From NCBI GenBank assembly GCA_029262455.1, contig JAJCZJ010000087.1, positions 11,135-75,134 on the forward strand: a DNA stretch of 64,000 nt, written 5' to 3'. Under the pieces are notes generated by a model. It was not told the DNA's origin and ran no database searches. It saw nothing but the letters and a program-made list of their open reading frames with translations. Made by a program: the position numbers and the translations under genes. Below, piece after piece: positions 37,151 to 46,083 of the stretch. Numbering within the stretch: position 1 is the stretch's first letter; every line of letters begins with the position of its first letter. Source of the stretch: Deltaproteobacteria bacterium. Its GTDB lineage: Bacteria; Desulfobacterota; Binatia; HRBIN30; CADEER01.

Positions 37151-38233
37151 TCAGGACGGGCTCGCACTCTCATACACTGCCACTTCAATCGGCTCGCGAC
37201 CGACCGCAACCTTGGCTACGACCTTGTTGGTCAGCGTGTCCCAAGTTACCAAGCTATCGGAATCTTCGTGTGGCACATACAAGTAGCGCCCCTCCGACCC
37301 AAACTGCGGGAAAGTCGGCCACGAGCCCGCGGAAAGCTTGGCGATCTCGGCCCCTGTATTTAAGTCAAGCACTTGAACGACATCGTCAAAGCTCTCACAA
37401 CTATAGGCAACGGGTTTCGTCGGGTGGATGGCGAGCCCCATCCCGGTTAGGGCCGGGTAGGTTGCCCGCACTTCGAGCGATCCAGTATCGATCACTGTAA
37501 TCGTGCTGTCGTCAAAACTCGTCGTCGCCAGCGTTTCTCCGTTGTTCCCAAGTGCCATCGCATCGGGGTGCCTGCCGACAGGAATCCTTGTCAGGATTTC
37601 CCTTGTGTTTGCGTCAAGTACGGCGACTGCTGCACCGCCTCCGCCCTCGGCCTGGCCGACGAGTAGAACGAAAATTCGCTCGCCCTTGCTGTCAGAAAGA
37701 ATGCGGCGTGGCTTCTTCTCAAACTTAATTGGCTCTCCCAGGCGTCGCATCGCCGCTACGTCAACAACTTGGAGATCAAAGCTCAGAGGGCTGATCACGA
37801 AGAGATGTTTACCATCGCGGCTAAAGACCAGATCCTGCGGACCGCGACTCGTCTCTACAAAACCTTTTTTCTCCAAAGACTTGGGATCAATCAGGGTAAC
37901 ACCAAACCCCGTCGAGTTGGCGACGGCCAGCAAAGGGGGCTTCGAAGTTCGGAGCGCCAACCCGTGTGGCGACTCTAGAGCGGCGATGGTTGCGACCTCG
38001 GCCCCAGGATTTCCCTCCACGACCGAAATCGAGTCCGATCGATAATTGGAGACAAAGATCCTCGCGCCGCCATCGCCAATGGGCGCAGTCGCCGACTGCT
38101 GCTCAGTGTGGGCAGGCGGAGCAATGGCGGTTTGGTCCGACTCGGCAACGTTGCATCCACCGGCAACCAACCCCACGATGACAGTAACAGTAACGGCAAC
38201 GGCAATACCTACTCGACTGATAGTCACAATCAA
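37151..38233 (-). CDS. YVTN-type beta-propeller repeat lipoprotein
   Basis: Lipobox LVAGGC and seven repeats of the (I/V)xV(I/L)D type (SISVVEG, VTLIDPKS, LQVVDVAA, VAVLDANT, ITVIDTGS, VQVLDLNT, LVTWDTLT). Confidence 0.75.
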   Translation of the reverse strand: MIVTISRVGIAVAVTVTVIVGLVAGGCNVAESDQTAIAPPAHTEQQSATAPIGDGGARIFVSNYRSDSISVVEGNPGAEVATIAALESPHGLALRTSKPPLLAVANSTGFGVTLIDPKSLEKKGFVETSRGPQDLVFSRDGKHLFVISPLSFDLQVVDVAAMRRLGEPIKFEKKPRRILSDSKGERIFVLLVGQAEGGGGAAVAVLDANTREILTRIPVGRHPDAMALGNNGETLATTSFDDSTITVIDTGSLEVRATYPALTGMGLAIHPTKPVAYSCESFDDVVQVLDLNTGAEIAKLSAGSWPTFPQFGSEGRYLYVPHEDSDSLVTWDTLTNKVVAKVAVGREPIEVAVYESASPS

Positions 38234-38387
38234 AATCCCCCTTCAACACTGGTTCCACTGGCGCCTGTGTCGTGGCCCAAACTCGTCAGACGAGGCCACA
38301 GACGATCGGAGATGAGTGCCGAGCAAAAGAAGCGCCGCATCATCCGATGCGGCGCTCCAATCACTCAGATGTTACGTCAGACTTCTA

Positions 38388-38987
38388 CTACTCGAGCAGA
38401 AGACCAGCGCGAAACGAAACGCCTGGGGCGCCTGTACGCTGCAAACCGACCCGCCCAATGATGAACTCACTGCGGTTTCCTGCAACCAATGCGCCAGGCA
38501 ATGAAGTGTTGACCGTAGTCTTGATCTTACATTTACCCTTTTGCACCGTGCAGCAGGCTACACCCAGCGGTAGGTCAGCCTGATCGACCGTCGTACACGG
38601 GTTGCCACTTGCACATGCGTCCGACGTAGTACGGACCGAGGCCAGAGCACAGATTGTCTCGCCCTCACAGCTCTGCACGCCTTCATTAATCAGCTTCGAA
38701 AGCTTGGCCTGCAACTTGATATCGTCCTTCGCCTTGGCGAGAACCTTACCTTGGCCTTTGTTGTCAAACAGACATCCCGGATCACTCGGCACCACAGGAT
38801 CGCAGGCCGGGGTACTGAGGAGTCCAGGTGCGGTTGTGTTCGAAGCAGTACATGCCTCAACGCCTTGAACGATCGTCGCTTGATACTTATTTGCCTTCTT
38901 GGGTGGGTTGCGCTGCCCCATTGCGGGGCCCGCGATCAATGCCATCCCCAAAATTGCTACTGCTGCCAATAGAGTTGTTCTTGCCAT
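38388..38987 (-). CDS. Secreted Cys-rich hypothetical protein
   Basis: Signal peptide MARTTLLAAVAILGMALIAGPAMG and about 14 Cys in the mature part. I recognise no family. Confidence 0.5.
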   Translation of the reverse strand: MARTTLLAAVAILGMALIAGPAMGQRNPPKKANKYQATIVQGVEACTASNTTAPGLLSTPACDPVVPSDPGCLFDNKGQGKVLAKAKDDIKLQAKLSKLINEGVQSCEGETICALASVRTTSDACASGNPCTTVDQADLPLGVACCTVQKGKCKIKTTVNTSLPGALVAGNRSEFIIGRVGLQRTGAPGVSFRAGLLLE

Positions 38988-39806
38988 GTCCTAGTCCTCT
39001 CCTCTCGCTCTACAATGAGAGCGTTCAGTGTTGTTTTCGATCACGCTTCCGTCACCCTAGATCTCTACGAACTACGGGGTGGTCCGTCCGATGATCGAGT
39101 CTCTCCTAGTTCTCCGCCCAGCTACGGGCACCACCTTGATTCCGGACCGATGGCTCCCCCTTTCTGCGAACCCTCGGAAAAAAAATTTTGAGCGCTGCGC
39201 TCTCTACACAAAGGAGAGCGCAAGCGATGTGCCAGTCCGAAAACACCAGACTTCCTCCAACGAACCGCACGGCGAGGGGGAGAACGGAGGAAGTTCCTTC
39301 AAAAATAATGAACGAACTTCAATCGATTCCGTTACGCAGCATACCGAAACGATCCCGACGGTGGGGACGACGAAGGCTTGTTCGCGCGTGCGCATCGACA
39401 CGAAAACTCTTGGGGACGGCTCGTTGATCGGGCCGCCCCCAAATTCGGCTGAGCAGTGGAAGACCGTTTTTTGCTCAGCCGGCCTTAGCGAATTAGTAGG
39501 AACCCATTCCACAAATTCTCATGCCGCAATGGTCGTGCCACGTGCGGGATCACCATTCCCACGCGGTACAGACCCGGAATGCTGCGGTGACAATGGAGTT
39601 ATCTTCAAATCAATTGAACAAGTCGCCTCAGGCAGCCAGCCATACCGTCTGATTAGACACGCCGGGCGGACGGATTGTTAAGCCGCAGCCAAGTGAGCGA
39701 AGGGATTCGCCGTCCCAAAGTTCGATCGGCAGCATCTCCACGACTGCAAATGTACGAGCAACCGCCTCCAACGCGGCTCGGGCTCGCCGCGCCCCTCGAT
39801 CGATCC

Positions 39807-40613
39807 CTACTCGCTCGTCGGGCCGTCGAAGTTCGGGCTCCGCTTTTCGCGCAGTGAGGCCAGGCCTTCCTGAACATCGGGCCCCCCGAAGCCATAGAAC
39901 TCGTAAGCCAACGAGGCATCGAACATCGGCCCCGCCTGCCGGTACCAATGGTTGAGGGTATGCTTAGTCCAACGAATCGCACTCTGCGCGCCGTTCGCCA
40001 ACGATCGTGCGACTTGCAGCGCACGCTCATGCACTTCTTCACGATCGACACACAACGAAACCAATCCTGCGCGCTCCGCATCCTCTCCCGTCAACGTTTC
40101 GCACGTCAGCAAGTAGTACTTCGCCTTTGCCATACCGCAAAGAAGCGGCCAACAGATTGCGGCGTGGTCCCCAGCAGCGACCCCGAGCCGGGTGTGGCCG
40201 TCGATGATTCGGGCATCGCGCGCAGCGACACTGACGTCAGCGAGTAGCGCAACAGCCAGGCCCGCACCCACCGCTGGTCCGTGAATCGCCGAAACGATCG
40301 GCTTCGAGCAATTGATCACATTCATGACGATGTCGCGTGCCTCACGCAGGATCTTTGTACGCGCGGCGTAGTCGTCGACCATTGCATCGATCAGCTCAAA
40401 GCTTCCTCCCGCCGAGAATCCTTTGCCGACACCCTGAATGAGAGCGACGCGCACCTCGGGATCGCGATCGATTTCCAACCAGACCTCGGCCAAGTCGCGA
40501 TGCATCCGAGGGCTAACCGAATTCAGTCCCGGCGCATCCAAGACGACGCGTAGGATCCCGTCCTCAGGGCGTTCGAACTTCAAACTCTCAAACGATTCGT
40601 ATCGATTGCTCAT
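39807..40613 (-). CDS. Enoyl-CoA hydratase/isomerase (crotonase) family protein
   Basis: [18 protein letters not shown]...[18 protein letters not shown], the crotonase fold signature. Confidence 0.88.
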   Translation of the reverse strand: MSNRYESFESLKFERPEDGILRVVLDAPGLNSVSPRMHRDLAEVWLEIDRDPEVRVALIQGVGKGFSAGGSFELIDAMVDDYAARTKILREARDIVMNVINCSKPIVSAIHGPAVGAGLAVALLADVSVAARDARIIDGHTRLGVAAGDHAAICWPLLCGMAKAKYYLLTCETLTGEDAERAGLVSLCVDREEVHERALQVARSLANGAQSAIRWTKHTLNHWYRQAGPMFDASLAYEFYGFGGPDVQEGLASLREKRSPNFDGPTSE

Positions 40614-40750
40614 CTAGACCTCCCCAAGGCACGAGTGCTGGCGCACTTCGCCAGCGATCATATCCGTGGCGCAAGTAGCGAACGCACGCAAGCCGGCCTA
40701 CTCGCTGATTCTCTCGTCACGTTCACAAGCAGTGCGACCCCTCATGGTAT

Positions 40751-40766
40751 TGGCACCGTCTATGCC
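40751..40766 (+). promoter_or_regulatory. Sigma54-like -24/-12 match outside the stress island
   Basis: TGGCACcgtctATGCC with GG-N10-GC spacing, about 80 nt upstream of the ATG at 40846. The inverted repeat AGGTAATA-N12-TATTACCT (40788-40815) lies between it and the start codon. Confidence 0.35.
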
Positions 40767-40845
40767 ATTGACCGGCGGTAATCGCCGAGGTAATAAAGTG
40801 CTCTCAATATTACCTTCATACCAGCCGCAGGATCGGGGGACGCAG

Positions 40846-41622
40846 ATGGGCGAAGTACGGGTCGACTCAGCCGCAGGCATCATGACCATCACCCTCGCGG
40901 ACGTCGAGAATCGCAACGCCCTCGGTGGTGCCCTGATTCGCGACACCCTAGACGGTCTAGCCGCCGCCAACGCAGATGCGAGTGTTCGCGCCGTAGTCAT
41001 GACCAACGAAGGCTCAACCTTCTGCGCCGGGGCCAATCTCAAGGAACGGTCGAGCGCGAAGGCCAAGGCCTCACGCTCGGGCGGTTTCGAAAATCTCCTC
41101 GAGGCCATCCTCGCCTCACCCACACCAGTCGTCGCACGCATCGCGGGCCACGTCGTCGGCGGCGGCAACGGCCTGGCATCAGCCTGCGATATCTCGATTG
41201 CGCAGGAAGATGTCCAATTCGGTTTCACCGAGGTCAGACTCGGCGTGATTCCCGCCATCATCTCGGTTGTTTGCCTACCGAAAATGCGACGCGGAGAGGC
41301 GATGGAAGCGTTTCTCCGCGGTCACCGCTTTCCCGCAAAGCGAGCCGCCGAGCTCGGTCTGATCAACCGCGCCGTCCCGGTCGCTGAACTCGACAGCGCC
41401 GTCGCCGAAGTCGTCGCTGATTTGCGCAAGGGGGGACCCAGCGCGCTCGGCAAAGCAAAGCGCCTCGTCTATGAGGTTCCGGAGATGGATCGGCGTGAGG
41501 CATTCAAGTGGACGGCAAAACTTTCCGGTGAGCTCTTCGCTGGGGAGGAGGCTGCCGAGGGCATGGCCGCCTTCCTCGGCAAGCGCAAACCGTCTTGGGC
41601 TACGGACGAGTCCGACAACTAA
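40846..41622 (+). CDS. Enoyl-CoA hydratase/isomerase family protein
   Basis: MGEVRVDSAAGIMTITLADVENRNAL...NEGSTFCAGANLKE...GHVVGGGNGLASACDI. The extended ORF from 40666 is rejected. Confidence 0.88.
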   Translation: MGEVRVDSAAGIMTITLADVENRNALGGALIRDTLDGLAAANADASVRAVVMTNEGSTFCAGANLKERSSAKAKASRSGGFENLLEAILASPTPVVARIAGHVVGGGNGLASACDISIAQEDVQFGFTEVRLGVIPAIISVVCLPKMRRGEAMEAFLRGHRFPAKRAAELGLINRAVPVAELDSAVAEVVADLRKGGPSALGKAKRLVYEVPEMDRREAFKWTAKLSGELFAGEEAAEGMAAFLGKRKPSWATDESDN

Positions 41623-41644
41623 GAGTGCAAAGGAGATCTGTCCA

Positions 41645-42436
41645 ATGCTGCAAGAAGGCCTAGACCTACGCGCCGAGGCAGACGACCTACACGCCTTTCT
41701 CGAAACTCTGAGCGAACAAGATTGGCAGGCGCCGACATCTTTCATGAAGTGGACGCCATGGGACGTCGTCGCGCATCTCCACTACTTCGACGAGGTGTCG
41801 ATGCTGTCGATGCAAGGTCTGGAAGCGTTCAAGCCGAAACGCGATTTCCTGATCGACGCGTACACCAAGGGACGGACCAACGCCGAGATCGCCCGCGCGG
41901 AATACGATGGAGTAGCGCCGCAGGCGCTACTCGAACGCTGGCGCGAGGTCGGCGAAGACATGGCCGCGCAATTGAGCGACTCCGACCCGAAGCGACGGCT
42001 ACCCTGGTTTGGCCCCGACATGGGCGTCCGAATGTTCACCACCGCTCGCTACATGGAGACTTGGGCACACGGCCAGGAAGTCTACGACCTCAAGAAGGTG
42101 GAACGACCAACCACCGACCGCATTAAGAACATCGCAACGATTGGCGTGAAGACCTACGGCTGGACTTTCGTAAACCGCAAACAAGAAGTGCCCGGCGATC
42201 CGCCCTATATTCGCCTCACGGCTCCGTCGGGCGCCATTTGGGAATGGGGCGAAGTCAACGACGACGCGCGCATCGAAGGTGCAGCCATCGACTTTTGTCG
42301 CGTGGTCACGCAGACACGGAATATTGCCGACACAGACCTCGCGGTCGTCGGCGACGTCGCCAACCAATGGATGGCTATCGCACAGTGCTTCGCAGGACCC
42401 GCCATCGATCCACCGAAGCCTGGGACACGCGGGTAG
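41645..42436 (+). CDS. TIGR03084-like DinB/MDMPI-fold metal-binding protein
   Basis: WTPWDVVAHLHYFD...ARYMETWAHGQEVYD. AAGGAG ribosome-binding site. Family assignment is from memory of the MDMPI_N pattern. Confidence 0.65.
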   Translation: MLQEGLDLRAEADDLHAFLETLSEQDWQAPTSFMKWTPWDVVAHLHYFDEVSMLSMQGLEAFKPKRDFLIDAYTKGRTNAEIARAEYDGVAPQALLERWREVGEDMAAQLSDSDPKRRLPWFGPDMGVRMFTTARYMETWAHGQEVYDLKKVERPTTDRIKNIATIGVKTYGWTFVNRKQEVPGDPPYIRLTAPSGAIWEWGEVNDDARIEGAAIDFCRVVTQTRNIADTDLAVVGDVANQWMAIAQCFAGPAIDPPKPGTRG

Positions 42437-42484
42437 TTGACTCCTCACCTTTCATCCTCGCCCACGTGCAATTCGGGAGAGGAG

Positions 42485-42606
42485 ATTCTTTGGGCTTTGC
42501 CCGTCAGTTCGAGAAAATCGACAGTCTCTGCAAATGAGAGATGTTCTGTTTGGGCTGCGCCCTGCACTTCACATCCACCGACAGTCTCATATCAAGGATA
42601 GGAAAC
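42485..42606 (+). repeat. Imperfect ~60-bp tandem duplication in the ACAD operon leader
   Basis: The exact 10-mer cgacagtctc occurs at 42519-42528 and 42579-42588, spaced exactly 60 nt. tttgggct(t/g)(t/c)gccc also occurs at about 42490 and about 42549. Confidence 0.55.
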
Positions 42607-42643
42607 AGCCAGAACTCTCAGAAGTCACCAGCAAAGGACCACC

Positions 42644-43840
42644 ATGGATCTAGAATACGGACAGCGATACAACGACTTCCGCGCCCAGGTACGGGCGTTC
42701 GTCGAGAAACACAAAGCGAGTCGGCCGATCACCAGCTACGATCCAAAGCTGCGCGAAAAGGTCGTGAAGTGGCTGTCCCTTCAGATCGACGCCGGTTACT
42801 GGGCCCGCACCATCCCCAAGGAGTACGGCGGATTCGGAGCTGAGCCCGATCTCCTCGAGACGGTCATCATGGACGAAGAGTTCAATCGCGCCGGCGTGAC
42901 CCGCGGCATGATGGCCCAAGGGCCGTCGATGCTCGTCCCGACCCTGCTCGAGCACGGTACCGAAGAGCAAAAGAGACAGTGGATCGGTCCGACGATGCGC
43001 GGCAAAGTGATGTGGTGCCAAGGCTACTCCGAGCCTGGGGCCGGTAGCGATCTCGCCAGTTTGCAGACAGCCGCACACCAAGACGGTGACGACTTCATTA
43101 TCAACGGTCAGAAAATTTGGACTAGCTCTGCCGACAAGTCGGATATGATGTTTGCTTTGGTTCGTACCGAACCCGATGCCGCCAAGCACTCCGGTATCAG
43201 CTACATCATCCTGCCCATGAACACTCCGGGCATCGAGGTGCAGCCCTTGCAAACGATGTCGGGAGATCTCGGTGAGAACTCGTTCAACCAGGTCTTCTTC
43301 ACCGACGTGCGGGTACCGCGGACGAATGTCGTCGGCCAACGCGGCAACGGCTGGGCAATCGCCAACACCACCCTCAAGCACGAACGCAACAGCCTCAACG
43401 CAAACGCCGAGGGTACTCTGTTTCGGCTTATGAAGCTGATGCGCGAGGAGACAATGAACGGTGTCTCGGCGATGGCAAGCCCCGTCTTCCGCGACCGCCT
43501 CATGCGCCTGCAAGCCCGCGCACTGTCGATGAAACACCACGGCATGCGAATGCTTACCTGCAGCCTCAAGAAGGAGTCGCCCGGCATCGCCGGATTGATC
43601 GTGAAAGTGCAGAACTGCCAACTCAACTTCGACATGTCGGCACTCGCCATCGACGTCATGGGCGAGCTGGGCGTGCTCTACGATCACACCAAGTACGAAC
43701 GCGACCGCGGCTACTGGCAGATTCATTCGATCTTTTCGCTCGGTCTGATCATCGGCGGCGGCACGGCGCAGATTCAGAAGAACATCATCGCCGAACGCGG
43801 CCTCGGTCTCCCCCGTGAGCCGAAGCCAGCGACGACGTAG
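42644..43840 (+). CDS. Acyl-CoA dehydrogenase family protein
   Basis: 398 aa with WCQGYSEPGAGSDLASL and a C-terminal GGGTAQIQKNIIAERGLGLP. Gly replaces the MCAD-type YEG catalytic Glu position. Confidence 0.9.
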   Translation: MDLEYGQRYNDFRAQVRAFVEKHKASRPITSYDPKLREKVVKWLSLQIDAGYWARTIPKEYGGFGAEPDLLETVIMDEEFNRAGVTRGMMAQGPSMLVPTLLEHGTEEQKRQWIGPTMRGKVMWCQGYSEPGAGSDLASLQTAAHQDGDDFIINGQKIWTSSADKSDMMFALVRTEPDAAKHSGISYIILPMNTPGIEVQPLQTMSGDLGENSFNQVFFTDVRVPRTNVVGQRGNGWAIANTTLKHERNSLNANAEGTLFRLMKLMREETMNGVSAMASPVFRDRLMRLQARALSMKHHGMRMLTCSLKKESPGIAGLIVKVQNCQLNFDMSALAIDVMGELGVLYDHTKYERDRGYWQIHSIFSLGLIIGGGTAQIQKNIIAERGLGLPREPKPATT

Positions 43841-43849
43841 GAGTGCATC

Positions 43850-44938
43850 GTGGATTTCGGACTATCGGAAGACCAACGTCTACTCGAGCAGAGTGTTCGC
43901 TCGTTCCTGAATCAGCAGGTGCCGATCGACCGTGTTCGCGAGCTGCGCGAACACGAGTGCGTCATCGACAGGAAGATTTGGAGAGCCCTCGCCGAGCTTG
44001 GCGTCACCGGTATCTTGATCGCTGAGGAACACGGCGGCAGTGGCCTCAATCTACTCGATGCGGCTCTGGTCTCCGAAGCAATCGGTGCTGCCTCGACCCC
44101 AACCCCATTCCTAAGCTCGGCGATCATGACCGCTGTGGGGTTGGCGGAAGTCGGCCGCGAACAAACCCACGCGTGGCTAAAGGGGATCGCTACGGGCGAG
44201 ATCATGTTTGGAACGGCCATCACCGAGGCGTTTTCGAAGCGCGAAGGGGCCGGCGTCAGCTCTGCGAACGGGACACTCAGCGGCAAGTCGATGATGGCAT
44301 CGGACGTCTGCACCGCGGATTTCATTCTTGTCGTCTGCGACGGCGACAAGCTCGCCGTAGTTCGACGCGACGCTCCCGGCATCAGCGTCACCAAACTGGT
44401 CACCATCGACAAGACACGCTGCACCACCGAAGTGCAGTTCGACAATGTCACGTGCGAGGCGGTCTTCGACGGATGCAGCCAGGCAATCGACCGCATGCTG
44501 CAAGCAGGTCGTATTGCACTGGCCGCAGACACGCTCGGCTGCTGCGAGACGATGGTCGAGATGGCGGTCGAGTACGCGAAAGAGCGCAAGCAATTCAATC
44601 GCGTCATCGGCTCCTTTCAGGCAGTCAAACACATGTGCGCCGAAATGATCGCCGAGATCGAGCCGGCTCGATCCCTGATGTGGTATGCGGCACACAGCTT
44701 CGACGCAGCACCGGATGAGGCGCCTTTGATGGCGTGCCACTCGCTCGCGCATATCGCCGAGATCGGCCGCGATATCGCCAGCATCGCCACCCAGGTGCAC
44801 GGCGGCACCGGATGGACCGATGAGCAGAACGTTCACTTTTGGTTCAAAAGAATCGCTAATGCTCGTCACTTACTCGGCGGCCCAGAGCTGCTTCGCAATC
44901 GAGCCGCGGAAGTCCAGGGATTGGCGGAGGCCTCATGA
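43850..44938 (+). CDS. Acyl-CoA dehydrogenase family protein (second subunit?)
   Basis: 362 aa with AKERKQFNRVIGSFQAVKH and HGGTGWTDEQNVHFWFKR. Lies 10 nt after the previous ACAD. Confidence 0.88.
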   Translation: MDFGLSEDQRLLEQSVRSFLNQQVPIDRVRELREHECVIDRKIWRALAELGVTGILIAEEHGGSGLNLLDAALVSEAIGAASTPTPFLSSAIMTAVGLAEVGREQTHAWLKGIATGEIMFGTAITEAFSKREGAGVSSANGTLSGKSMMASDVCTADFILVVCDGDKLAVVRRDAPGISVTKLVTIDKTRCTTEVQFDNVTCEAVFDGCSQAIDRMLQAGRIALAADTLGCCETMVEMAVEYAKERKQFNRVIGSFQAVKHMCAEMIAEIEPARSLMWYAAHSFDAAPDEAPLMACHSLAHIAEIGRDIASIATQVHGGTGWTDEQNVHFWFKRIANARHLLGGPELLRNRAAEVQGLAEAS

Positions 44939-46047
44939 GAACCCAAATCGCGAAAGATCTCGGTCTCGAGTTCCCGATCTTCGCCTTCACGCACTGCCGC
45001 GATGTAGCCGCGGCAGTTTCAAAAGCAGGTGGGCTCGGGGTGCTGGGCATCGCCGGCCACTCGGCAAAGGAGCTCTCGGTCGAGCTCGAATGGATCGAAA
45101 ACGAAATCGGTGACAAACCGTACGGCGTCGACCTACTGCTCCCGGCAAAGTACGTTGGCAGCAACACCGTACTCGACGAGGAGCAACTCGACGACAAAAT
45201 CCCGCCGGAGTACTACCAGTTTCTCGACGAGCTACTCGCAAAGCACGAGATCCCGGCCCTGCCAAAAGGCCAGAAGCTGCGTCGTGAAATCGCTGTTGGC
45301 TACGAACAGCAACGCGAGGTCATCGAACTCGTCTTCGAACACCGCATCAGCCTCATTGCCAGCGCCCTCGGACCGCCACCGAAGTGGATGATCGACCAAG
45401 GCCGGGCGAAAGGCATAAAGGTCGCAGCGCTCGCCGGCACCGTCGAACACGCGCGGCGCCACGTCGAAGCTGGCGTCGACATCGTCGTCGCCCAAGGCTA
45501 CGAAGCGGGCGGGCACACTGGAGAAATCTCGACCATGGTGTTGGTACCGGAAGTGGTCGACGCCGTAGCACCGACTCCAGTCTTGGCAGCTGGCGGCATC
45601 GGCAACGGGCGCCAGGTAACAGCCGCGCTGGCGCTTGGAGCCCAGGGGGTCTGGACCGGTTCGGTATGGCTAACCACGGCTGAAGCCGAAACCCACCCGG
45701 TCGTCAAAGAGAAGTTCCTCAAGGCCACGTCGAAAGACACCGTGCGCAGCCGATCCCTCACCGGCAAGCCGGCACGCCAATTGAAGAGCGCGTGGACCGA
45801 GGCATGGTCCGATCCTGCCAACCCCGATCCGCTGCCGATGCCTCTCCAACCGCGGCTGGTTCGAGAAGCCCTGGCGCGGATTCACCGAACCGCGCACAAG
45901 AACCCCGGCGCGGAACAATTGATCAACTACTACGTCGGCCAAATCGTCGGCTCTTTGAATCAGGTCAAATCCGTTCGCAGCGTCGTCGAAGAATTCGCAC
46001 AGGAATACGCCGAGACGATGGAGCGATTGGACGATTGGGCCGAATAG
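44935..46047 (+). CDS. Nitronate monooxygenase (NMO/2-nitropropane dioxygenase-like) family flavoprotein
   Basis: VAQGYEAGGHTGE and AAGGIGNGRQVTAALALGAQGVWTGS. ATGA overlap with the upstream ACAD. Confidence 0.85.
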   Translation: MRTQIAKDLGLEFPIFAFTHCRDVAAAVSKAGGLGVLGIAGHSAKELSVELEWIENEIGDKPYGVDLLLPAKYVGSNTVLDEEQLDDKIPPEYYQFLDELLAKHEIPALPKGQKLRREIAVGYEQQREVIELVFEHRISLIASALGPPPKWMIDQGRAKGIKVAALAGTVEHARRHVEAGVDIVVAQGYEAGGHTGEISTMVLVPEVVDAVAPTPVLAAGGIGNGRQVTAALALGAQGVWTGSVWLTTAEAETHPVVKEKFLKATSKDTVRSRSLTGKPARQLKSAWTEAWSDPANPDPLPMPLQPRLVREALARIHRTAHKNPGAEQLINYYVGQIVGSLNQVKSVRSVVEEFAQEYAETMERLDDWAE

Positions 46048-46083
46048 CTCGGCGCAGTCGGGTCGTAGCCAAACCGCTCAACG

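Noticed and set aside
39079-39681. 200-aa plus-strand ORF and the overlapping 102-aa minus-strand ORF
   Set aside because: There is no recognisable domain, the composition is odd and lacks a hydrophobic core pattern, and there is no ribosome-binding site at the start. The region is treated as non-coding or unknown.
42650-43726. 358-aa ORF on the minus strand
   Set aside because: It is antisense to the clearly homologous acyl-CoA dehydrogenase gene, so it is a shadow ORF.
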